A stretch of DNA of 56,021 bases, filler included, from Sphacelaria rigidula (Eukaryota), in NCBI GenBank assembly GCA_964200075.2. It is 2 parts of 2 records of this genome, joined end to end, with 100 filler letters (N's around TTAATTAATTAA, not from the genome) between each part and the next. Parts side by side here need not be neighbours in the genome. Positions count along the whole stretch, not along the records: positions 28,074 to 56,021 come from CAXNAA020000108.1; 1 more part is not named here. One strand, given 5' to 3'. Both the position numbers and the translations under genes were made by a program. Shown here piece after piece: positions 36,101-47,651 of this stretch. The notes under the pieces were generated by a model. It saw only the letters and a list, made by a program, of their open reading frames with translations, was not told the origin of the DNA and did no database searches. Each line of letters starts with the position of its first letter. Within the stretch, counting starts at the first letter, position 1.

Positions 36101-39100
36101 CCCTGTACAAAAACGGGGGGGAGACGTATTCTCGCCTCGTACGACCCAGGCGCAAATCGCAGCTTCTCCTCAAATCCGCTCTCCACCCTCGCCGAAAGAA
36201 AATTCTAGAGGTTGACCAGACCTGGACTTCCTTTATTATCAATGCCTCTTCTAGACGCCCCCCCCTGCCTTTTCTAGTGGGGTGTGCACTCACCGAGGAC
36301 CTAATGTACCTCATGCAGTCGATGCGTGCTCCTAACCGGACCGCCAGCCATAGCAATCATGACACCCAAAGAATCGATTGCTTGCCGATCAATTCGCCGT
36401 TCACTAAACACAACGATCAAACTCGGCGAGATATTCGGGTATATCGCAGCACTATAATAGTGGGAGAGAGCGTGCACCAATTGCAATACATGGGACCAAC
36501 CAAAAAAAGGTGAAACACCGGAAATGTACTCCAATGAAACGAACATGCTACGTACGCTCTCCATTCCTCTCTCGACAGGGCGTTGATGGTGAGCGAGAGT
36601 GGGTGGCCAGGTGATGATGCGTTTTTGTGCGGGTTAACTAAGCTTGGTTCTCGCGACAACACGAACAGGTCAATGAACCGAGAACCAAAATCAGGAACGT
36701 ATCATACCTGTACCCGCCTCAAACGCGGAGAAGTTGTGCATCTATTTTACTGTTCGGAATCGCCGCTCGGATTACGGCGTGCGGGAAATCTCTGTTTCAA
36801 GTGTTCGGAGTGTTCGGAGTGCAGTAAAACCTACGTCGAAAGCCCGGGTGCACGCAGCTGTTTGGGGGCAGGGCCTTGGATTTTTCTTTCCAAAACAAAA
36901 CGCCCGGTTTGGTCGTCGTGTTTGGCGAACGGCATAAAATAAGCCGGTGAACAATCAATTACGTCGAGTGCCACGGTTGCTGTTACTGGTGCTTCGGTTA
37001 CGGGGGCGCGCGGTCTGCGTAAGGGACAGTAGGTCCTCGGTTGGTCCATACCCGACTAGAAAAGGTCGGGTGGACCGTCTAGAAAAGGTATTGAGAAGAA
37101 GAAACGCCACTCCGGCATACCTCTGGAATTTCCTTCTAGCGATGGTACGGGGTGGATTTGAGGAGAAGCTCTGTTTAGCGCAAAAGCCGTACGAGGCGAG
37201 AGTGCACCCCTTTCGTTTTCAAGGTACAAGTGCAGGACATATCCCCAGTTGATGCGCGTTAATGATTCGGACGGAAGCGGTGTGTGTGGCGTGTTTTCCC
37301 AACTATGCCAATTTCGTCCCAAACAATACCTCTTCAGACGAAGATCGTGAAGGAATACCTTTTTAAGTCTAAAACCCATTTTTCATTTACCAGCGGTGTG
37401 ACGTCTTCCCTGGTGGAATGAAGGTAATAATAACACTGCACCAGGACTGCACCACTGCAGCACGTACAAAACCCACAAGTGCACCACACGCGACGGCGGA
37501 ATATCCAGCGTAGACAGCTACGATTTTCATACCTTCCAGATCCCTGTAAAAGTTCAACGCTTGGACCTTCAGGGTGGATCACCCGTAATCTGGGTCTTAC
37601 ACCCATTTTTCAAGTGAAGAACATGCCCATTCAATAAACGGCGCACCCTGGCGGTCGAAGGGTTAACGTGGTTAACGATATCCTGGCACTTTTTTTCTCG
37701 CCTATGCGAGGTGCAAGGGGAAAACGCAATGTATACGGGGCATTGTACTATACCCGTTTGCCGATGCCCCCAAGTATACTGCACAATACCCTTCAATACG
37801 GGCCGGTCACTGAAAGTGAGTACCACGTGAAGACTAAGCTGCCTAGATGCACTTCATCTATTCAACCCACACAAGAATCAAACGCCGTTGTTCGTGTACG
37901 ATGGGAAAGTAGGTTGTATGGGCCACCCACCGCCAAACACGTCAAAACACATGAAGCACTTCAACCCTGTGCACGTGCACGCACAGTAAGACGCACCACC
38001 TCGTCAGGAGCACGTTACACCTACACGCACAAAAGAGCTCGAACAAACACTGCACGAACACCCACAGCACAAGTACATCATGCCTAGCGCTAGCTCTTTT
38101 TTATCCACAGACACTGTTGTTCGACGGTGATCCGTTTGGTATTGTAACGGGCGGCTGTGTGTATTCCACAAAACTTGCTCACGATGGAGTCATTGACCGG
38201 CCGTGCGTGCGTTAGACGGCCCCCGCCCGACAGAAATCACCGTTTTCTCAATAAAAAATTTACCGCTTTGCCCACGCGAAGAGCGTCATACCCCAGTTCA
38301 TCAACAGCTATGGCTCGAGCTATGCGTTGTCTATGGTGAGGCAGTTGGATCAGAACTCCATGTGCGTTTGTACTTCAGGTCTGGGCTGTGTAGAAGACCG
38401 GCCTTTTACATAAAATTCTATTGCGGTGCTCTTTCATATTTCCCTTCATGGCGAACAGCGAACAGCCCAAAAACGTCTTCGCGAATAGCTCAAAAATTAC
38501 AAAATGACTCACGGGAAAAAAGCCCCGCCGCTTTAAAACAGCACGCTGCTCTTCTTCGTACGGGAGAGTAGGGGGTAACATCGCCGCGAACAACCCACAT
38601 ACTTCTTTAGGGGTGGAAAAAAGCTCGCATTTTGTCGTCTCGAGTATACATGTAACCCTAACCCTAGAGCCTGCTGTGGGATACTTGGGTCAACTTACCA
38701 GCAATCCCAACACTCACCACGACAAAAGTAAGACGGTCCACGTGTATTCCGACCCCTCCATGCACGCAGAGCTTTAGGCTGTACTCTCCGGCTGGTATCC
38801 ACACGTCATTTACGCTAACTTCCTCCCATTGAGTGGCGTTTGTAGCGTTCAAGGTGGGCGGAATGGCCACGATCTCCGAAAGCTCTAACCCGCTTCCTGA
38901 TATAGAGCAGTTGGCGTCATCCCCTATTACGAGCTGGAGCGCAGCGGCCTCGGGAGTCCACACCTATCCATGTGTTGCACGGTTGTTTCTAGTGGTTAGT
39001 TTAATCTTTTCATCACATCTTGAGCTCTGCTTCCCTTGTCCATCTCAACGAGAGTCCTGTCGCCTTCCTCCTTGTCGTTGACATTGTTGTCGCTGCTGCT

Positions 39101-42100
39101 GTTCCAACAATTTCGACTACGAGCTGGGCTAGCCAACAGTGGGTAGTTTTCTCGCTCAGGCGACGCACGGCGTAAAATTAGGAGTTGGACGCTGAAACTT
39201 TGACAGCAGCTTATTACGATCGACATGCAGAACATCGTGACAGCAGAAAAGAAAAAGAACATATATGGTGATTTGAAATTCCAGCAAAAATAAGATAATG
39301 TCATAAGTCCAGAAAAAAAATGAGAATCTGCAAGCTGTTCCCGGGATGTATCATTTCCTTGTGTGCAGAAGGTCTTCGTGAAATTTTAGCTCACGAGCCA
39401 TCCAATTGGGCCGTGCGTGCAATGTTTTGCGTGACGCTGCTGCACCCCACATATACCCAGTGCGGGGTGATTGCTGATGTGAACCCACCGCTGTAAATAC
39501 AAAAAAGGCACTCCGACACGCTATCGCCCAACGATATCAGACGCACCCCGTACTCTACGCAGTACAATAAAGCCATCGGCACTACGACGCCAATCGAACA
39601 GCGACGCAATCCTTTGTCATCAGGTGGGTCTGCAGTTCACAGTGACATGCTTACATAGGGTCCATTCGGGAAACTGGTAAAACTGTGGTGTGGGCAACTT
39701 TTACCGGCTTTTGAGCTGGCCCAGCTCGTATGTCACCAACTCTGACTTCGTTTTCTTCAGCGCGTCGGTGCCCCAAGTCAATTTCCGACACGCGGTGGCA
39801 GTAAAGACTCTCTGAGAGACGACCCATTCGGTACAAGTCTGAAAACGTGCCTCAAAGTAGTTTGGTTTCACAAATGCTACAGTGCAGTACGAAGAATGCT
39901 GTGGTACACACGTTCAACATCGCTCGTACGCCCTGTCATCCTCAATCCTCGGAGCAACCGAACGCCCGCGTACCAACAGCATTGCAAATTACGGGGGCGC
40001 ATTCATTTGTTGCTTGCCTTAGTCGTTTGACCATCGGCCAGGCATCGCCTTCGAGACGGAGCAAATTACGGGGTGTAGGGGGGGGGGGCGTACTCATTTG
40101 TTGCTTGCCTTAGTCGGGTGTGGGGGGGGGGATATGGGGAAGACGAATAGTGTAGAATGGTAATACCATGTACCTCCAAGATGATGTCGTAGAGGGTTTC
40201 ATCTGACGCAATAGTGTATGCTGTCCAGTCAGTTTCAGTCATGTTCGCAATGAACGTTCTCCCCGCGAGGCTCTGTACCCTCCCCGAGGAATCAGCTCGA
40301 TACGCAGCTTCGTTTTCCCTATCGAGACACAAGACACAAGACACAAGACACAAGGCACACGCACACCGTACGGAAAACGCGAGCAAGAGCTTAGCACGAT
40401 TCTGGATTGTGAGTTTTAACTTCGAGCGGAAAGTACAGTCATCATCCAGTGCCAACCTCGCACTGCCGAGCATTTCGGGATTTCTACCGCGACAGCTACC
40501 CTTCAAGCTCTTGACTACAAACAACTACGCTGACATCCACACACAGAAATATATGCAAATAGTACACGACATTTAGGGTCATACGGTGTGACCACGTGTT
40601 GCGGCCGAAGGTTATCTCCGGTTCTTCTTGAGAAAGGTCGCTGTCGTAGCCCTGCTGCCCAAGTATTTTCACGGCAAGGCGTTGTCTCTCTCTCTTCATT
40701 TCCAGAGCGAGGATTGGCTATGAGCCTAGGTGGTGAGCAGTGGACGGGGCTTGCACAGACTACCGTACGGGTTCCTACGGTGGCTCTTTTCTCTCGAGCT
40801 CCTGCGGCCGTACAAGTACCCTTTACCGAGGGTACTTGAGGTTAGCGTTAGGCTTAGCATTCCGGGACCTCTCTCCCATTTAGCTGGCGGACCAATTCCC
40901 TATGACGCACTCCTCTCCACTTTACATGCTTCACGTGCTCCACGTACTCTTGATGTGTACACGGTTGTTGACTACGCCCGTGCATGCAAGTGTTTATTAT
41001 GCCCACATATCGCGTGGCCTTTACAAATGCCGAAACATACAGCAAAAAGCCAACGCACACAAATACAGATATACGGACTTCGAGAAACACACGATCAGGC
41101 GATACATGAGTAGGCAGATACGGTCCCAGTAGGGGTATGGCTGAGGTGCTGACGAGCACAGTGCTTACTTTGGATCGGAGTCTCCAAAGCCAAGTCCCAA
41201 CCCCCCCACGTCGAAGGTCTCTGCTTCGATGGTCCCAGGAAGGCATTGAGGCACCCCGAAAAAAGGCTCCGCTATTGGGTTGTCCAAGTCTATTTCGTAA
41301 ACCCTGAGGAACCGAACAGTACAGAAGAGGGGATGGAATACGGGCAGTGACCAGATGAGTCAATTGGTTCAATTGGTTGGGCACAATGGACAATATTATT
41401 CACCACACGATCAACAGTCTTGGCCCAATTTTCGAACAACGAACATATCCATCCCTCGAAAGGCTACAAATACCTCATAGCCCACTTGTAATGCGGCCAA
41501 AAATGCACTTTGGACCTTCCGCACTAGAAACGATCAGAAGCCGCAAGCTTGGTGATTGCAGCGTAGGAAACGTTTGGGCTTCATGTATCCCATTCCGACA
41601 TATATGGGACGGCGACACGGTTAGAGATGAGCTACGGGAAAGTTGCGTCCGCGTTGCACCTTAACGCGCACGGAGAGATGACTTCAACACTTGCCCATAC
41701 CAACTATCCCAGCACGTGCATCCAAACCAGCAACAGCTAGTATCAGCACATACACAGACACACACGCCTATCCGCCCATAAGGAGAGCAACCAAGCAGCC
41801 GCCACTTACTTGAACAGCACCCTGGGTGCACCACTAGACAAGAACTTCACCGGCAACATTTCTGGGAACCCAAAGTAGTTGGTGCAAAATCGCATGATTT
41901 GCACCCCGATTGAAAATTAATTTCGTTGCCAGGCAGTCAGCACACAGCTTCCCCAGTGTCGTTAGAATGCCAGAGGTTAACAACAGAACAGATTGTCACC
42001 GTTTTCCACCCCAATCTTACTGCTAGGAAACGCCTGGAAAATGTCTTGGAAATGTGTTGAACAATCGAAATGTGTTGTACGATCGACTAAAGACGAGGTC

Positions 42101-45100
42101 ATCGTACACGACCATGTGATTCACCTCACATAATCCACGAGCATGTGCGCCGGCATAGCCGTATCGTCCACGGTCGAACCAGGCAAGCTCCCCCCGACAG
42201 CCAGGTTGATGATGATCTCAAACTCGGTATCGAACGGCGCTCGGTAGGGCTCGAAGCTTGCTACTGTGCTCGACCACTTTGTGCGGGTGCAGTATATTTG
42301 GCCGTCCACATACCTGTTCCCGACATGGGAAGGCATCACGTGTTACCGCTTGAGGACGTTAGAGGGCAGCGCATGATCTGCGAAATGCAGCAACGCACGA
42401 TCTAAGGTCTACAAAGCTTCTGCATCCCTACTGACGGGTTGCAACAATACAGCAGCCACGGTATGTGAATACAAAATAAACCGAATGTACGGCTATGCAG
42501 AAAAAAAAGGCAAGCGCCAGGCGGACACAGTGATTTTTATGACAGCGAAAGGAATCCGCACCACTTCAGTATCACCAGTTGCTGAAAGGATCGACCACTG
42601 GTCCGACATGTGTCGCCTACAGTACGTCACCGTCCATTTCGTGCGGCGGCTAGGCTAGGTATGTACTGTAGTAAACACGCGAAGTGTTGTCGTTCGCAGT
42701 TAGTCTTTCAGCAGCACACACGCGATATTTGAATACTTGCTGCAAGCGACATGCTGGAAAAGGATATTTTGACGGCTACACATTGAATCACGACAGGTTG
42801 TACGGGTACACCCCCTCATCAACACGCTATTGTCAGCGTGTTCATCTTGTCACCTGCGCTTCACCGTGTCAGCACCATCAGTCGCAAATCTAAGAGTCAA
42901 AAACGGGAAGGAAGTAACGCGGACGCATGAATTTGAACATTTGACACTGAACAATCACCACCGATTTACGTCGAAGCGCGATACAAAATACATCTCACCA
43001 TCGGAGCTCTTCCGCTTCCCACTCGAGAGCGTACACATGGTAATCATTCGAGAAATTGATCCCGGATGATTGCCGGCAGCCAGCTTCCACATTGGCAGGA
43101 TATTCGCCACCGTAGTGTATAGTGCCGAAGATTTCGTCCATGTCGTTCACCGCCTGCACAACAACAGAGTCATCATCACCACATATCCACATTAGAACTG
43201 CCAGTTCAGCTGAACCTTTTTGGAACTCCTATTTCAAGCACCACAAATGCATGGCTTAACCCTACCCCTACGTGCGGGGGAGAAACAGCAGCGATGCTCC
43301 CACTGATTCTATTCCATGATACGTCTTGCTTTACTTTTTCTGTCATCGGGGCGACCCCGTAGCCTCTCTAGTCTAAGGGCATCAACTTATCTCTCCCTCG
43401 ACACGTGCCTTGCAATCTACTTTGGAGCGATGGATCATGACCATTTCTGCAATATATCATGTTTCATCGACTTTCATTAGGTTACTATCCCGCACGCAAA
43501 CAAAAAGAACGCAAACAGCACACATGATGGGGGGGAGGGGGGGGGCATGAACCCCACGACGACACTGGTTTCAAAACACTTGGATATTTTTGACGCGGGA
43601 ATAACGGCGTGCCCCTCTTTCGCACTCTCGCTACTTTCAGTGCAATAGAAAAATACGTTCCGCTCGCTTGTGAAACCAAACCATGAGTTGGCCAAGAAAC
43701 CCCAAATAATCCGGGGTATACATGACATCACGGTACAGCGCGCTCGCCTCCACAATGTCGATTTCCCCGGTGGCAGCCCAGACCGCCCTTGACGTGTTCG
43801 CCGGGAGCATCCAGAAGGCCGGCCACAGCCCCTGTCCTTGGGGTAATCGTATCCTGGCTTCGATGCGTCCCGTCAGAAACGCAATCGGACTCTTGGTCCT
43901 GATTCGCGATGACGTGTACCATCTCTCGCCCAATAATTCCTCCTCGAGCTCCGCCTGTCCAAGCAAATGCATTACCGATAAAAGATACAGCACTGGGGAT
44001 GAACACAGATGACTTCACATGAACTAGAGAATGACTCAAAAAGCCTCCTTCCTATCATCAGCTATAATAGTGCAACACAACGGACCATGATCTTTGTATG
44101 CTGTTGTTGGAACCTGAAACAATATACGGGTCTATACACAACATCCATTACGTGAAGCATATGCCAGATTTGGAAAAGTTTGGATCGCGCCTATGCACAC
44201 CAGATTGCTATTTATCCTCGACGGCACTCTCATGCCATCGTTACACACACAATCAACAATTACAGTAGCAATGACAAAACAGACAATCGTAAAAGTGGCG
44301 CTGTACTGTACTGATGGTAGATGCCGTAGCTGTGAGCTGCAGCCATCCACCATTTGACACGCACATCCCCGTTTCAGATTTACTCCTTTGCTTATTTTCG
44401 CCACGCCCTCGACGGCTCTCCCACCTCTACAGAGTCGATGTAATGGGCGACATAACCAACAGCGTGTGAATGCCTGCGGAATATATATGGCCTAGAAATA
44501 TTGTGCTCGCCGTCAAAACCGAGGTTCACCTTCACCAAGCTGGGGTTGACGTGCGGAACTCCGCGTGACTCGTAGCACGGGCAACAATTTTCCCTTGATA
44601 AATAAAATAACATGCCCGGTCTATAATAGACCGCAAGTGGCTGCTGGGTGCTGCGTGTAAGAGATACTCAAACCAGTGCCTGATAGATGTTGTGACGAAT
44701 AAATCTACGGAGATGCAACAGCCTGATGAGGAGAACACGTTTGATATTTCCGTGATTTTGATTGGCCCATTTTCCCCCGCAATATTCGATTATGTCTACA
44801 CATCACACTGACGGTTTTTAATGTTGATGTCAAATACTAAAGAGTTCTTGTGTTCATGTACCAAGGAGTTCTTGTGGTTGTGTGTTGAGGAGTCCATGTG
44901 TGTTGCCATGCTGGGAGGAGGCGCGTCCCGTTTCTCAATTCCCAATCTCACCACTTCGATCATCAAATCGCCTTTAGCTTCTGCTTGTCGTAATGAAGCT
45001 GCCACCGTCTTCCCACTCCCCATACACAAGTAATAGTACAAACCTTACACACGAGCTTTCGTCTTCCGCTAGCGGGTGTTTGATCACACAGGAGCGGGAA

Positions 45101-47620
45101 AACTACTGAAAGGATACCGCCCAGGGTGTCGTATAAACAGTCACAGTCGTCACCACGGAGCAACACGGAGCCGAACATCCAGCACCCACGAGGTTCGCTG
45201 GGAATGGGGAACTAATTCATTGCAGCTCTGACGAAAGAACTTCCAAGATTGTGAACCCACACCCGACATTTCGCCGCCGTCAGCCGAACAGACACCACTG
45301 ATGAAGATAGGGAGCCACCTCTGCAATCCAGGGTCGGGGGAATAATGCCCGTCTAAAACAGCGAAGAAATCGTTCAAAGCTGATCCCCGCGCACTGAGGT
45401 TATGAGCACCGATCAGAAGCGGGGCAAGTAGCCCCATCAGGCTTGTTGAGAGTCCAACAGAGCAGCAATTAGCCTCAAGCGTTCAGCGATTTTTCGAAGC
45501 CTGGAGAAGATATACATGTAAAATTTATGATTTCTCAGGCTTGAATGCAGGCATATTTCGAGCAAGAGAGAGTAGCTGAGTCAGTGTCCACTATTGTACC
45601 AGTGAGTGACGCAGCACCAGCACCAAGAGCAGACCAAGAAGAGCCAATGGGAAAATGTAGAAAAAAATATATAGCCAATGCTTGGAGGGCATGGAATATC
45701 ATCATCTTGCAGATAACGCTCATGACTACTCGTAAATTTAAACAAATTGTAGACTCGAGTTCACCCCTGGAAGGGTGCTCAGTATTCAAGACTTTGTTTT
45801 TGGTCAGGACACAGCAGAAAAGGCACTGTTGATGCACGAATGATTCAAGTTTCGGATGAAGGCTGGAGAACCTCCCGTAGAGTACTTTCTTTGCACGGGG
45901 ATCCTCACGGGGATCCTTCATGAAGAATAGTTTTGCCGCCCTCGGGTTTGCACAATTTTGGCATAGAAGTGAACTGCCACCTCCTCCGTGGCCTGTTGGA
46001 TTGCTACAGAACCCAAACGAGAATCTTGCTCAGCACTACAGATTTGCAGTACGAAGAATCAGAGCGCGGTGTACTCTGCCTGGGCAGAGATGGAGATGAA
46101 TCAGGATACGGACAGAGGGACAGCGGGACAGACGAGGCCATCCACTCGCCGGAGTCGAAGCAGCATCACTATCAACAGCGCCCACAGCAGCAACTGCCGT
46201 CGCCGCACCAGTTCTATGAGCAATACAACCAGTATGGGCATCAGCATCAGCAGTATAACCCCGGTGGGGAAGGAGGAGGCGGGAGCAGAGGCTGAAATGG
46301 AAACATGTCTTGAACTTTTCCCCTCCAACCGACCATCATCCTCCCGGGCACTACCCTGACTCTCCTGCCCAGCCTGGACACGTACTACCGTAGCGTGGAG
46401 AAGGGGCTCACCGCAACAACACCCCCCAGCGGGTGGTGAGGCACCCATGAGGCAGTGTAAGCTGTGGCTGTCTCTGGAAGTGGGTATACCAGAAAATGAA
46501 GCAGCTCATTGTAGGCTGTCATCCATATGCAAGACGCTTCGTACGCTCCGGGCCGAACAATCTTAGCACGATACAGCTCACCCTTCATGCGATTCACCGA
46601 ACACACCGGAGCACTTCGCGCGCTTGGTGATTGATTACGAGCCTGATCCGGCGAAAACCCGGCGTGCTCCGTGCCGATTTTGTAGGGATGCGAGATCAAT
46701 GGTCTCATGACTACGGCATGCAAGATCATGACTACACCCCCCAGCCTCGCGGCACCAACCAGCGGCAATCCAACGGTGCCGGTCGGCATGGGCGACCGCC
46801 GCGCTCGTGCCGCCATGCGAACCTTCCACGGCCCACTTGCACAGCCCACTGACGATTTCAACGGCGGTATGCCACGAGACAAGGGCACCACGCCACAGTA
46901 CAACGATCACCAACAGTCACCTCCTATTGAGTATTGCTGCCATGCTCACCAGCAACAGCAACAGCAACATCAACCACTATCCGAGCACTCCCAAAATGAC
47001 CCCTAGCATGCCCCACCGTTTTCCTTTCGGCCATCTCTCGACGCATCTGGCTCTCCCCATGGTGGTCTGCACCTCCCCATGGTCCAAACATGGGCCGCAG
47101 GAGAGTCAAGGCGTGCGTATTTTCAGAGTTAAATTTTTCAAGTCTGATGGCGACGCAGTATAGAAACGGTTTGAGGGGTGCCGAAGGTTGGGTTGCCGAC
47201 CGGGGTTCTTCGAATCGTTTCACCTGGTGCAGCGATGTAGTATACGACCCCAAGTCGGTTCCTATAGGGGAAGATGCGGTAGTCATCGATAATAGTCATG
47301 GTCAGATCTTAGACATACTCATGATCGGTAGTCTAAACCTCAGGCTGCACGATACAGCCGGTGGCGATTTTGACGTAAATTAAAAAGGTGTGCACGTCTT
47401 CGACGGCGTAGACTTTACATAATTTGTTCTCTCTGCATGATGTGCAGAAGCGTCACACAATCACCCTCGATAGCGAGGGTATCCACCTATTTGATGAGCG
47501 AGTGACGTTTCCTCGCTATGAGACCAGCTCTTTCCCGTATGCCACGAGGCTGCCGGCCGACATCGGGTCGATAGCTCCACGTGTCATTTCTGGTGAATCC
47601 CACAATGTGATACCCCCCCC

Positions 47621-47651
<31 letters not shown>

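Noticed and set aside
40596-40651. Extra GH16-gene exon (GYDSDLSQEEPEITFGRNT)
   Set aside because: It would need a phase-0 upstream partner, but exon 41303-41169 ends in phase 2 and joins 40318 directly; the donor is also weak.
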